64,000 nucleotides of DNA. It comes from Lutispora sp. GTDB taxonomy: Bacteria > Bacillota > Clostridia > Lutisporales > Lutisporaceae. The notes under the pieces are model-generated. The model made no database searches. It had not been told where the DNA came from and saw nothing but the letters and a program-made list of their open reading frames with translations. How positions within the stretch are numbered: position 1 is the first letter of the stretch; the number at the start of each line of letters is the position of its first letter. The translations under genes and the position numbers were made by a program. Shown here piece by piece: positions 38,792 through 48,104 of the stretch. Where the stretch lies: NCBI RefSeq assembly GCF_041687175.1, contig NZ_JAWLCK010000001.1, forward strand, positions 35,982 to 99,981, given 5' to 3'.

Positions 38792-39052
38792 TTATCTTGG
38801 CTCTATAATAAATTTTATAGCTGTCCTATCTTCTCCGTCAATCTGAATCTCAGAAAAGGCAGGTATTACAACAATATCAATACCATTTGGTGCGACAAAA
38901 CCTCTAGTAATCGCTATCGCCTTAACCGCTTGATTTACAGCTCCTGCTCCTACAGCTTGTACTTCAGCTGTAGCTCTCTCTCTCAATACTGCCGCTAAAG
39001 CTCCTGCAACAGATTTAGGTTGTGATTGAGCTGACACTTTTAGCACTTCCAT
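38792..39052 (-). CDS. spoVS: Stage V sporulation protein S (SpoVS family)
   Basis: MEVLKVSAQSQPKSVAGALAAVLRERATAEVQAVGAGAVNQAVKAIAITRGFVAPNGIDIVVIPAF.EI.IDGEDRTAIKFI.EPR is near-identical in pattern to SpoVS. Start at ATG 39052 with GGGGG SD. Confidence 0.92.
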   Translation of the reverse strand: MEVLKVSAQSQPKSVAGALAAVLRERATAEVQAVGAGAVNQAVKAIAITRGFVAPNGIDIVVIPAFSEIQIDGEDRTAIKFIIEPR

Positions 39053-39125
39053 AATTCGATACCCCCTGTAAAACATTAAAAATATTGCGATTGATTATAT
39101 ATTCTATATTTGGTTTATAATTCCT

Positions 39126-40202
39126 TCAAAAACTTATTTTATGGTAAAAAGTATTTTTAGACAATTTAATTGTTTTTTCGCCACATGTCACTGCTACAGT
39201 ACCCATATCAATAGAGGTATCTTCCTTGAAAGTTATAGTTTTATCCCTGTATAGGTTTTTAAGAAACTCATAATTTGACCTTCTTTGTCCTAAAACTGCG
39301 GAAAAATCCTTTGGATTTGACAATATTTCTATAGCATTTATTCCGCTAGTTTTGATGGTCTCTAACATATATAATATCATATCCTTGTATATCTCAGCTT
39401 CAACAAGCTGTCTCATGGATGGATGATAGGGTCCTGCTACCACATTATCTCCCATGCTTAAATCATCAGTAGGCTGAAGTCCGATTCTTATAACCTTTAT
39501 CCCTGACTTTTCCAAGTAAATCAACATCTTCTTAGATATACTTACAGCTTCATCTAAAGTCAGGGGCTTATAAAGTCCCTTTCTATACATTTCTTCCAGA
39601 TAAGTGTCCTTTATGACCAAAACAGGGTATATTCTTGCAATATTGGGCTTTAGATCAACTATTTGCTTCACTGTCTCCATGGCTTTTTCTTCATCGTCTT
39701 TTGGCAATCCAACCATCAGTTGGGCACCAACAATAAACCCTTCATTTTTCAGCAATGATATTGCATTCATAACATCTTCAGGGCTGTGTCCCCTTTTCGC
39801 TATATCCAACACTTCCCTATTCATGGATTGAATTCCTAATTCAACAATATTAGCTCCATATTTCTTTAAATTATTTATAATATCTTTATTTATATAATCC
39901 GGTCTTGTGGAAAGCCTGATTGTGTCAATCTTGCCCTTAACAAGGTATTTATTAGCCAGAGCCAGAAACTTATTCTGATCTTCCCAGGGTATTCCTGTGA
40001 AACTACCTCCGAAGAAAGCTATTTCTACAGTCCTATTATTAGAATCTATAGTTTCCAGATATCTTTCAATAATTTCTTCTGCATCTTCCACAGTAATATT
40101 TTCTAGTTGGCCAGTTATCTTCTTTTGATTACAAAAAATGCAATCATGGGGACATCCAAGATGAGGTATAAAAATAGGAATAATATAATGTCTCTTACTC
40201 AT
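39126..40202 (-). CDS. Radical SAM protein, ELP3/HemN-like core without an acetyltransferase domain
   Basis: CxxxCxxC cluster motif (LGCPHDCIFCNQ) at residues ~16-23, FFGGSFT, LSTRPDYI, VELGIQSM..EVL....RGH. 8-nt overlap with the rnc stop. Confidence 0.8.
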   Translation of the reverse strand: MSKRHYIIPIFIPHLGCPHDCIFCNQKKITGQLENITVEDAEEIIERYLETIDSNNRTVEIAFFGGSFTGIPWEDQNKFLALANKYLVKGKIDTIRLSTRPDYINKDIINNLKKYGANIVELGIQSMNREVLDIAKRGHSPEDVMNAISLLKNEGFIVGAQLMVGLPKDDEEKAMETVKQIVDLKPNIARIYPVLVIKDTYLEEMYRKGLYKPLTLDEAVSISKKMLIYLEKSGIKVIRIGLQPTDDLSMGDNVVAGPYHPSMRQLVEAEIYKDMILYMLETIKTSGINAIEILSNPKDFSAVLGQRRSNYEFLKNLYRDKTITFKEDTSIDMGTVAVTCGEKTIKLSKNTFYHKISF

Positions 40203-40926
40203 TTGTCACACCTAAGGATGTAATTGCGTTTTTCGCAGCAGATTGCTGCGCATCCTTCTTGCTCTTCCCTACACCCTTTCCGATCAACTTGCCGCTAAGA
40301 TACACAGCCATCTGAAACTCTTTTGAATGATCCGGTCCTTTTTCTGATAGCAATCTATATTCAATTGTCCCCATATTATATTTTTGAATATACTCCTGCA
40401 AAAAAGACTTATAATCATTAAACGTTCTGTTTTTTATGGATGATTCTATGCTTTCTTTCATAAAAGATAATACAAAGTCTTCTGTTTTCTTCATGCCTCC
40501 ATCTAAATATATTGCTGCAATTAAAGCCTCAACAGCATCTGCAAGTATAGAAACCCTTTTTCGTCCCCCTGTATTTTCTTCTCCTTTACTAAGGTAGATA
40601 TATTCTCCGATTCTTAATTTTTTTGCAGTTATATACAAAGATTTCTCACACACAATATTAGCTCTTATCCTAGTCATTTGCCCTTCAGAAACATCTTTTA
40701 ATCTGTTAAACAGATGAAAGCTTATTATCATGGATAATATAGAATCTCCTAAAAACTCCAACCTTTCATTATAGGGTTTCAAATCATCTTGTCCGTGAGC
40801 ATAGGAACTATGAGTCAGGGCAGTATTTAAAAGCTGCTTATCAGAAAACTTATAATTTATTATCTCTTCGAATTCCTGAAGGGATTTCAAGCGCTTATCA
40901 TCCATAGTATCTTTTTTTCCTTTCAA
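40195..40926 (-). CDS. rnc: Ribonuclease III
   Basis: RNase III signature NERLEFLGDSIL, a second acidic site ADAVEALIAAIYLDGG, and a C-terminal dsRBD (PDHSKEFQMAVYLSGKLIGKGVGKSKKDAQQSAAKNA). The start may be the internal Met at 40905. Confidence 0.96.
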   Translation of the reverse strand: MKGKKDTMDDKRLKSLQEFEEIINYKFSDKQLLNTALTHSSYAHGQDDLKPYNERLEFLGDSILSMIISFHLFNRLKDVSEGQMTRIRANIVCEKSLYITAKKLRIGEYIYLSKGEENTGGRKRVSILADAVEALIAAIYLDGGMKKTEDFVLSFMKESIESSIKNRTFNDYKSFLQEYIQKYNMGTIEYRLLSEKGPDHSKEFQMAVYLSGKLIGKGVGKSKKDAQQSAAKNAITSLGVTNE

Positions 40927-40961
40927 AACTAAAATCAGATTATACGACTATAGTATAACAT

Positions 40962-42203
40962 CTACTTATATTTTTTCAATATTATTGAAGCATTATGCCC
41001 ACCAAAACCAAGAGAGTTTGACATAGCATAGTTAACTACTGCTTTCCTGGCATTATTGGGCACATAATCAAGATCGCAGTTCTCATCCTTGGATTCATAG
41101 TTTATGGTTGGAGGCACTATTCCTTCGCTGATAGCCATAATACATGCTATCGCCTCTACTCCTCCTGCTGCGCCTAACAAATGACCTGTCATAGACTTTG
41201 TAGAGCTTACCATCACATTGTAAGCATAATCACCCATAAGTTTTTTTATTGCCATGGTTTCAAATTTGTCATTTAATTCCGTTGAAGTACCATGAGCATT
41301 TATATAATTAATTTCTTTTGGTTCTATTCCTGCATCTTCTACAGCTCTTTTCATAGCTTTATATGCACCTTCTCCTTCTGGAGCAGGTGCCGTAATATGA
41401 TATGCATCAGCTGTAGCACCATAGCCAACTATTTCTCCATATATTCTAGCTCCTCTTTTAATTGCGTGCTCCATATCTTCCAATATGAGGATACCAGCAC
41501 CTTCTCCCATTACAAAGCCATCTCTATCCTTATCAAAGGGTCTGGAAGCTTTCTTCGGCTCTTCATTTCTCTGGGATAATGCTTTCATTGAGCAAAATCC
41601 TGCAATTGCCATAGGAGTTATTGAAGCCTCTGTGCCTCCTGTGATCATTATATCAGCGTCATTTCTTTGAATTATTTTATATGCCTCACCAATTGCATTA
41701 GTCGCTGATGCACATGCTGTAACAACTGTCATATTTGGTCCCTTTGCATTAAAGGTCATTGATATATATCCGGCACCAATATTGGATATCATCATAGGAA
41801 TAAAAAATGGGCTAACTCTGCCGGGTCCCTTCTCAATCATAACATTATACTGATTCTCCAGGGTTTCCAAGCCGCCAATACCTGAACCTATACATACTCC
41901 AAATCTATCTTGATCCAAAGCATTAATATCTAAAGAAGCATCATCAATAGCCATTTTTGAAGCTGCTACTGCAAACTGAGTATATCTATCCATTCTCTTG
42001 GCTTCTTTCTTATCAATGAAATCTATAGGGTTAAAATCTCTTACCTCAGCAGCAATCTTTGTGCTTAATCCCTCTGTATCGAATTTGGTAATCTTATCAA
42101 CACCGGATTTTCCTTCCTTCAAGCTTTTAAAGAAACTATCTTTACCTATACCAATAGGAGAAATGACCCCTAAGCCTGTTATAGCAACCCTCTTTTTACT
42201 CAA
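40962..42203 (-). CDS. fabF: 3-oxoacyl-ACP synthase II (FabF)
   Basis: [14 protein letters not shown], active-site Cys context [15 protein letters not shown], His residues in NAHGTST and GHLLGAAG. Confidence 0.96.
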   Translation of the reverse strand: MSKKRVAITGLGVISPIGIGKDSFFKSLKEGKSGVDKITKFDTEGLSTKIAAEVRDFNPIDFIDKKEAKRMDRYTQFAVAASKMAIDDASLDINALDQDRFGVCIGSGIGGLETLENQYNVMIEKGPGRVSPFFIPMMISNIGAGYISMTFNAKGPNMTVVTACASATNAIGEAYKIIQRNDADIMITGGTEASITPMAIAGFCSMKALSQRNEEPKKASRPFDKDRDGFVMGEGAGILILEDMEHAIKRGARIYGEIVGYGATADAYHITAPAPEGEGAYKAMKRAVEDAGIEPKEINYINAHGTSTELNDKFETMAIKKLMGDYAYNVMVSSTKSMTGHLLGAAGGVEAIACIMAISEGIVPPTINYESKDENCDLDYVPNNARKAVVNYAMSNSLGFGGHNASIILKKYK

Positions 42204-42250
42204 TATCTTCCTCTCCTTAAACAGTATTTATATATTGTATTTTTCTGTGA

Positions 42251-42288
42251 ATTATAGCAAAAAAAGAAGCCCCGATTAACGGGACTAA
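42251..42288 (-). terminator. Hairpin + U-tract after acpP, overlapping a candidate extended -10 for fabF
   Basis: Minus strand AGTCCCG-ttaa-TCGGGGCT followed by TCTTTTTTTGCTATAAT. The T-run is terminator-like and TGCTATAAT is an extended -10 consensus. Confidence 0.55.
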
Positions 42289-42293
42289 CTTTC

Positions 42294-42521
42294 TTATTGA
42301 TTATTCTTTATGTAGTCGACTACATCTCCTACAGTAACAAGTTTTTCTGCTTCCTCATCAGGTATCTCTATATCAAATTCTTCTTCAAGAGCCATTAATA
42401 ATTCAACAATATCCAGTGAATCTGCTCCTAAATCTTCAATGAAGGAAGACTCCATAGTAATATCTTCTGAATCTATGCTGAGCTGTTCAGCAATCTTTTC
42501 TTGTACTTTCTCAAAAATCAT
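42294..42521 (-). CDS. acpP: Acyl carrier protein
   Basis: Phosphopantetheine attachment site [19 protein letters not shown]. Start at ATG 42521 (GGAGGTG SD 6 nt upstream). Confidence 0.96.
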   Translation of the reverse strand: MIFEKVQEKIAEQLSIDSEDITMESSFIEDLGADSLDIVELLMALEEEFDIEIPDEEAEKLVTVGDVVDYIKNNQ

Positions 42522-42559
42522 AAGTCTCACCTCCCTTCAGAGATTATATTATGATAATA

Positions 42560-43303
42560 TTACATAACCATTCCACCGTCAATATTTATTACTTGGCCAG
42601 TAATATAATCCGAATAGTCTGACGCTAAAAACAATGCTGCATTTGCCACATCTTCTGGGTTCCCAGGTCTTTTCAGTGGTATGGCATTAGCAAATTGTTC
42701 TTTAACCTTATCTGAAAGTACAGCTGTCATATCTGTTTCAATAAACCCTGGAGCTATGGCATTTACTGTAATTCCCCTTGAGCCTAATTCTTTAGCAACA
42801 GATTTAGTGAAACCTATGATACCAGCTTTTGCTGCGGCATAATTGGATTGTCCCGCATTACCTATTATACCTACAACAGAAGCTATGTTGATTATTTTAC
42901 CTTTTCTTTGTTTCATCATGACTTTACTTACAGCTTTAGTGAAGTTGAATGTGCCTTTCAAATTCGTATTCACAACTTTATCAAAATCATCTTCATTCAT
43001 TCTTAAAAGAAGATTATCCTTTGTTATTCCCGCATTATTCACTAATATATCTATGCTGCCATATTGATTTAATACTCTATCAACTAAATTTTCTGCTTCT
43101 AAGTAGTTGGATACATCTGCTTTAATTACTTCTGCCTTAACACCATATGCCATGGCTTCTCTTGCCACTTCCTGTGCAGCCTCGTCACTGCTTGAGTAAT
43201 TTATTATTACATTAGCCCCAGCTTTAGCAAAGGAAAGAGCTATTGTTCTTCCTATGCCTCTGGATGCTCCAGTAATAATGGCAGTTTTACCCTTTAATTG
43301 CAT
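42560..43303 (-). CDS. fabG: 3-oxoacyl-ACP reductase FabG
   Basis: SDR motifs TGASRGIGRTIA, NNAG and YAAAKAG, within the fab cluster. Confidence 0.95.
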   Translation of the reverse strand: MQLKGKTAIITGASRGIGRTIALSFAKAGANVIINYSSSDEAAQEVAREAMAYGVKAEVIKADVSNYLEAENLVDRVLNQYGSIDILVNNAGITKDNLLLRMNEDDFDKVVNTNLKGTFNFTKAVSKVMMKQRKGKIINIASVVGIIGNAGQSNYAAAKAGIIGFTKSVAKELGSRGITVNAIAPGFIETDMTAVLSDKVKEQFANAIPLKRPGNPEDVANAALFLASDYSDYITGQVINIDGGMVM

Positions 43304-44244
43304 TCCAATCTCTCCCTGATATTTTCTATTGTATTATTCAAAGACTCCAAATCCTCCACATTATATATAGAAACATTCTTATCTATCTTTTTAACAAATG
43401 CGGATAAGGATTTTCCTGGGCCTACCTCTATAAAGGTGTCAACACCTTGACTAATCATATTCTTAATACTGTCCTCCCATAGCACAGAAGAACTAACCTG
43501 CTCTACAAGCAATTTCTTTATTTCATATTTATCCTTTATAATCTGAGCATTTACATTTGATATAACAGGAATCTTCATATCATTGAACTTGATTTTATCT
43601 AATTCTTCAGATAGTCTTTGCCCTGCACTTTTCAGCAAACTTGAATGAAATGGAGCGCTTACAGGCAATACTTTTACTCTCTTTGCTCCTCTTTCTTTCA
43701 ATAGATTGCAAGCTACTTCAATAGCCCTGGTATGTCCTGCAATCACTACCTGTCCTGGACAATTATAATTTGCAGCCTCTACAACCCCATACCCTGAAGC
43801 CATTTTCAGGCAATGGGTAATTTCTGTTCTGTCTATTCCCATTACCGCAGCCATGGTTCCTTCCCCTACTGGCACCGCTTCTTGCATGAACTTTCCCCTC
43901 TTCTTTACAACAGCTACTGCATCCTCAAAGGATATAGCATTTGAAGTAACTAAGGCAGAATATTCCCCCAAGCTTAAGCCTGCCGCCATTGTAGGCTCAA
44001 CACCATGTAATTTCAAAACCTCAAATAATGCTACGCTGGTTGTCAGGATGGAAGGCTGTGTGTTCTCTGTTTTTTTAAGTTCTTCTTCATCACCTTCAAA
44101 GCACAGCTTTTTCATATCGATTCCAAGTATGTCACTTGCTTTATCAAAAATATCCATTGCTTCCTTATAGTTATCTGCGATTTCTTTACCCATTCCCATA
44201 TATTGAGCACCCTGCCCTGGAAATATGCATGCCACTTTAATCAA
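43294..44244 (-). CDS. fabD: Malonyl CoA-ACP transacylase FabD
   Basis: FPGQGAQY, active-site GLSLGEYSAL, VSAPFHS. I place the start at TTG 44244 (GAGGTG SD 6 nt upstream, giving MIKVACIFPGQG) instead of the ORF-track TTG at 44262. Confidence 0.94.
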   Translation of the reverse strand: MIKVACIFPGQGAQYMGMGKEIADNYKEAMDIFDKASDILGIDMKKLCFEGDEEELKKTENTQPSILTTSVALFEVLKLHGVEPTMAAGLSLGEYSALVTSNAISFEDAVAVVKKRGKFMQEAVPVGEGTMAAVMGIDRTEITHCLKMASGYGVVEAANYNCPGQVVIAGHTRAIEVACNLLKERGAKRVKVLPVSAPFHSSLLKSAGQRLSEELDKIKFNDMKIPVISNVNAQIIKDKYEIKKLLVEQVSSSVLWEDSIKNMISQGVDTFIEVGPGKSLSAFVKKIDKNVSIYNVEDLESLNNTIENIRERLECN

Positions 44245-45196
44245 GCTTTTCACCTCTGACAATATTATTTAATCCATCAATTATAGAATCACATTCTGCA
44301 ATAATTGTATTAATTATTTCTTTTACTGGCTTTATATCTTTTATTAATCCGCTTATCTGGCCTGCCATAACAGAACCCATATCAACATCTCCATCTACAC
44401 AGGCCATTCTCAATCTACCTGTCCCTAATTTTTCAATCTCTTCAACAGATGCTCCGGATTTTTCTAGCTTATCAAATTCCTTATATAGTTTGTTCTTTAT
44501 TATCCTTACAGGATGGCCAGTGCTTCTGCCTGTCACAACAGTTCCCCTGTCCCCTGCTTTAACTATGGCTCTTTTATAATTTTCATGTACAGTACATTCT
44601 TCTGAACATACAAATATTGTGCCTAACTGGACCCCCTGAGCCCCTAGACTTAAAGCAGACATAAGCCCTCTCCCGTCTGCTATACCTCCTGCAGCTATAA
44701 CAGGTATTTTCACTGCATCTGATACTTGGGGGACTAAAACCATGGTAGTTAATTCACCGATATGGCCACCGGCTTCGGTGCCTTCTGCAATAACAGCATC
44801 TGCACCAATTTGCTCCATTTTCTTTGCCAAAGCCACCGAGGGCACTACAGGTATAACCTTTATGCCTTGCTCCTTTAGTTTTGGAATATATTTTCCCGGA
44901 TTACCTGCACCTGTTGTTATGACAGGAACCTTTTCTTCATAGACTAAATCCATTATTTCCTCAACGAAGGGAGAGAGGAGCATTATATTAACACCATAAG
45001 GCTTATCAGTTAAACTTCTTACTTTATTTATTTCTTTTCTTATAACATCTGCAGGTGCGTTCCCGGCTCCAATTATTCCAAGTCCTCCTGCATTTGAAAC
45101 AGCTGCTGCCAGCTCTGCAGTTGCTACCCAAGCCATTCCCCCTTGAATTATGGGGTATTGAATATTCAATAGATCGCAAAGTCTTGTTTTTATCAT
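44237..45196 (-). CDS. fabK: Enoyl-ACP reductase II FabK (FMN-dependent, nitronate monooxygenase fold)
   Basis: YPIIQGGMAWVA...LAAAVSNAGGLGIIG, AEG.EAGGHIGE, IPVIAAGGIADGRG. Sits between fabH and fabD. No FabI-type SDR is present in the cluster. Confidence 0.88.
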   Translation of the reverse strand: MIKTRLCDLLNIQYPIIQGGMAWVATAELAAAVSNAGGLGIIGAGNAPADVIRKEINKVRSLTDKPYGVNIMLLSPFVEEIMDLVYEEKVPVITTGAGNPGKYIPKLKEQGIKVIPVVPSVALAKKMEQIGADAVIAEGTEAGGHIGELTTMVLVPQVSDAVKIPVIAAGGIADGRGLMSALSLGAQGVQLGTIFVCSEECTVHENYKRAIVKAGDRGTVVTGRSTGHPVRIIKNKLYKEFDKLEKSGASVEEIEKLGTGRLRMACVDGDVDMGSVMAGQISGLIKDIKPVKEIINTIIAECDSIIDGLNNIVRGEKLD

Positions 45197-45212
45197 ATAT
45201 ACTCCTCCAATA

Positions 45213-46214
45213 CTAAGCCCATCTCAAAACTATAGAACCCCAGGTTAAGCCTCCGCCAAAACCTACCAGAACAACTACATCACCTTTGCTAAGTTTATTG
45301 GCTTTGTTTGCTTCATCTAAAGCCACAGCTATTGACGCTGCTGACATATTTCCATACTTATCAATATTTACAAACACTTTATCCTTCGGAATCTTTAATC
45401 TTTTAGTAGCAGACTCAATTATTCGAATGTTTGCCTGGTGTGGTATTAAATAATCAATGTCTTTTTTATCTAATCCACACATTTCCAAGGCTTTTTCTGC
45501 AGCTTCACCCATTATTTTTATGGCAAATTTAAATACTTCAGAGCCATCCATCTTGGTATAGTGCAATCTATTAGCTAAAGTTTCCATAGAAGCAGGCATT
45601 CTTGATCCCCCTGCAGGGAGCTTCAGCAGATCTCCTCCTCTGCCATCGGAACCTGTGTATGAAGCCAATATTCCATTGTTTTCTTCCACACTAGATACTA
45701 CTGCTGCTCCGGCACCGTCACCAAATAAAACACATGTGTTTCTATCACTATAATCAGTTATTTTTGATAGGGTTTCTGCACCAATTACCAATATATACTT
45801 TGCGCTGCCGGTTTTGATAAATTTTTCTGCTATGCTTAATCCATAAATAAATCCTGAACATGCTGCACTTATATCAAAGGCTGACGCATTTATTGCTCCA
45901 ATATTTTTTTGTACAATACATGCGGTTGAGGGAAAGGACATATCAGGTGTTACTGTGGCTACAATAATCATATCCAAATCCTCCGGATTTAGGTTTGCGT
46001 CTTCAATAGCTTTGAGCGCCGCATATGTAGCAATATCTGAAGTAGCAACACTCTCCTCTGCCTTTCTTCTTTCTTTTATACCTGTTCTGGATACTATCCA
46101 TTCATCGTTGGTATCAAGCCTTTCTTCAAAATAACTGTTGGTCAGCACTGTCTCAGGCATATAACTTCCAGTTCCAATTATACCTGCTGCCTTTATTTCA
46201 TTATTCAACATCAT
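45213..46214 (-). CDS. fabH: 3-oxoacyl-ACP synthase III (FabH)
   Basis: Active-site Cys in DISAACSGFIYGL, HQANIRII, GNMSAASI. Confidence 0.96.
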   Translation of the reverse strand: MMLNNEIKAAGIIGTGSYMPETVLTNSYFEERLDTNDEWIVSRTGIKERRKAEESVATSDIATYAALKAIEDANLNPEDLDMIIVATVTPDMSFPSTACIVQKNIGAINASAFDISAACSGFIYGLSIAEKFIKTGSAKYILVIGAETLSKITDYSDRNTCVLFGDGAGAAVVSSVEENNGILASYTGSDGRGGDLLKLPAGGSRMPASMETLANRLHYTKMDGSEVFKFAIKIMGEAAEKALEMCGLDKKDIDYLIPHQANIRIIESATKRLKIPKDKVFVNIDKYGNMSAASIAVALDEANKANKLSKGDVVVLVGFGGGLTWGSIVLRWA

Positions 46215-47208
46215 TCACTCCTGTGTCTTTTAAGTCCATCATTATTCTATCTATGCAATTATTATCATAAAGCAGTTTCGCCTGTCTGATAGCATTCATT
46301 ATAGCCTTTCTGTCTGAACTGCCATGAGCTTTTATCATAATGCCGTTGATGCCCAGGAAAGGCGCACCACCATATTCTTTATAATCAAATCTCTTTTTAA
46401 AGCTCCTGAAACTATTCTTTAAAAGCAAAGCACCAAATTTAGATACAGTGGATTTCATCAACTCTTCTTTCAATAGACTCATAATCGTTGAAGCCAACCC
46501 TTCTGTGTTTTTAAGAACCACATTTCCGGCAAACCCATCACATACCAAAACATCACAAATACCGGAGAATATATCTCTTGCTTCAACATTGCCTACAAAA
46601 TTTAAATTACTGCCTTTCAATAGCTCATAACTCTGCTTAGTCAAATCATTGCCTTTGCTTTCTTCCGTACCCACATTCAGCAATCCTATTCTTGGAGACT
46701 GTATACCTACAACCTTCTCCATATATATGGAGCCCATTAATGCAAATTGTAACAAATTCTTAGGTTTACAATCCATATTTGCACCTGCATCTATCAACAT
46801 GCAAACACCTTTTTCCGTTGGCAGCAATGGTGCCAACGCTGGTCTATCTATACCTTTTATCCTTCCTACCTTCAGCAGCGATCCGGCTAGAAAGGCACCA
46901 GTGTTTCCTGCGGAAAGGAATGCATGGCACTGTCCATCCTTCACCATTTTTAGGCCTATTACCATTGATGAATCTTTTTTCTGTTTTATAGCCTGAACTG
47001 GTGCATCCTCTCCTGTTATAACCTCATCTGCATGAACGATATGTATACTTCCCTTTGCAGGCTTTATTCCATTTAAGTGTTTCTCAATTTCCTTCTCATT
47101 ACCTATCAAGTAAATTTCAATTCCATATTCATTAGCTGCATCAATACAACCTTCAACAACAGCTTTAGGAGCATTATCTCCGCCCATGGCGTCAATTGCA
47201 ATTTTCAT
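46201..47208 (-). CDS. plsX: Phosphate acyltransferase PlsX
   Basis: MKIAIDAMGGDNAPKAVVEG, GNTGA, GLLNVGTEE.KGN, FVGNVEARD, VCDGFAGNV.LK. Confidence 0.96.
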   Translation of the reverse strand: MKIAIDAMGGDNAPKAVVEGCIDAANEYGIEIYLIGNEKEIEKHLNGIKPAKGSIHIVHADEVITGEDAPVQAIKQKKDSSMVIGLKMVKDGQCHAFLSAGNTGAFLAGSLLKVGRIKGIDRPALAPLLPTEKGVCMLIDAGANMDCKPKNLLQFALMGSIYMEKVVGIQSPRIGLLNVGTEESKGNDLTKQSYELLKGSNLNFVGNVEARDIFSGICDVLVCDGFAGNVVLKNTEGLASTIMSLLKEELMKSTVSKFGALLLKNSFRSFKKRFDYKEYGGAPFLGINGIMIKAHGSSDRKAIMNAIRQAKLLYDNNCIDRIMMDLKDTGVNDVE

Positions 47209-47211
47209 ACT

Positions 47212-47781
47212 TTACTCCTCCTTGCGATTAAATGATACTAATATAAATTTACCTCTAAATACCTCAACATTTTTTACCTTTATGAAAACCCAGACGAAGT
47301 ATTTGTTTCCTCTAGTTCTAACTACTTCAGCCTTCGCAATCAGTTTATCACCTGCAAAAACCGGATTTCTATATTTTATATTAGCTACACCTATCAAAGC
47401 AACATTAGCATCTATTACTGCAATTGCAAGCGATTCAGCCTGAGCAAAAATATGGCTTCCCCTTACTACATTGGTTTTTTCAAAGGCCATTGAAATATCA
47501 GTCTCTAACATGGATATACCACTTACACCAAGATTAAGATCCAACAACTCTCCAACTATTTCTTTACCAGTAATTGATTTAACCTTAAGGTAGTTATTCT
47601 CTGCAACATTCTTTATTCTTTCTCTTAGTTCAGGTATTCCCAACTCTAACCTATCCAATCTTATGGTCTGGATGCTCACATTAAAGAATTCAGAAAGCTC
47701 ATCATCTGTTAAAAAGGGATCCGTCTCAATCTTTTTTAGCAGAGCCTTTTGTCGCTCCCTTTTCCCCAGCCCCTTTCTCAT
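47212..47781 (-). CDS. fapR: Fatty acid/phospholipid biosynthesis repressor FapR
   Basis: N-terminal HTH ([41 protein letters not shown]) plus a C-terminal hot-dog thioesterase-like domain. Sits directly upstream of plsX, with a palindromic operator upstream. Confidence 0.92.
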   Translation of the reverse strand: MRKGLGKRERQKALLKKIETDPFLTDDELSEFFNVSIQTIRLDRLELGIPELRERIKNVAENNYLKVKSITGKEIVGELLDLNLGVSGISMLETDISMAFEKTNVVRGSHIFAQAESLAIAVIDANVALIGVANIKYRNPVFAGDKLIAKAEVVRTRGNKYFVWVFIKVKNVEVFRGKFILVSFNRKEE

Positions 47782-47808
47782 ATGGGCACCTCCTTATACT
47801 ATCTATAT

Positions 47809-47826
47809 ATAGTACCTGATACTAAT
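47809..47826 (-). promoter_or_regulatory. FapR operator (inverted repeat) upstream of fapR
   Basis: Minus strand ATTAGTATCAGGTACTAT (core TAGTA-N5-TACTA palindrome). It matches my recollection of the B. subtilis FapR box (TTAGTA...TACTAA-type 17-bp inverted repeat) and lies just downstream of the candidate -10. Confidence 0.65.
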
Positions 47827-47832
47827 ATCAAG

Positions 47833-47860
47833 TATATAACATAACCATGCATATATGCAA
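47833..47860 (-). promoter_or_regulatory. Candidate sigma-A promoter of the fapR-plsX-fab operon
   Basis: Minus strand TTGCAT-16 nt-TATATA, about 50 nt upstream of the fapR ATG. The FapR box lies immediately downstream. Confidence 0.5.
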
Positions 47861-47868
47861 CAGTAAAT

Positions 47869-47906
47869 TCAAAAAAAATAATAACAGCGGTTTTGTCCGC
47901 TGTTAT
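47869..47906 (-). terminator. Rho-independent terminator after rpmF
   Basis: Minus strand ATAACAGCGG-acaaaa-CCGCTGTTAT followed by TATTTTTTTTG (T8). Starts 6 nt after the rpmF stop. Confidence 0.85.
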
Positions 47907-47911
47907 ACTAA

Positions 47912-48091
47912 TTATTCTCCTACTTCTATAACCGTTCTATCCTTATAATACCCACAGGATTTGCATACTCTATGAGGTAATTTGAGCTCATGGCATTGAG
48001 GGCATTCTATAAGTCCTGGCACAGTAAGTTTCCAGTTTGCTCTTCTTTTATCCCTTCTTGATTTAGAGACTTTTCTTTTAGGTAAACCCAA
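47912..48091 (-). CDS. rpmF: 50S ribosomal protein L32 (Zn-ribbon form)
   Basis: GLPKRKVSKSRRDKRRANWKL...CPQCHELKLPHRVCKSCGYY. The true start is most likely TTG at 48091 (GGAGGTG SD 6 nt upstream). The ORF-track ATG at 48118 adds 9 non-L32 residues and overlaps yceD. Confidence 0.93.
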   Translation of the reverse strand: MGLPKRKVSKSRRDKRRANWKLTVPGLIECPQCHELKLPHRVCKSCGYYKDRTVIEVGE

Positions 48092-48104
48092 TCTCAGCAC
48101 CTCC

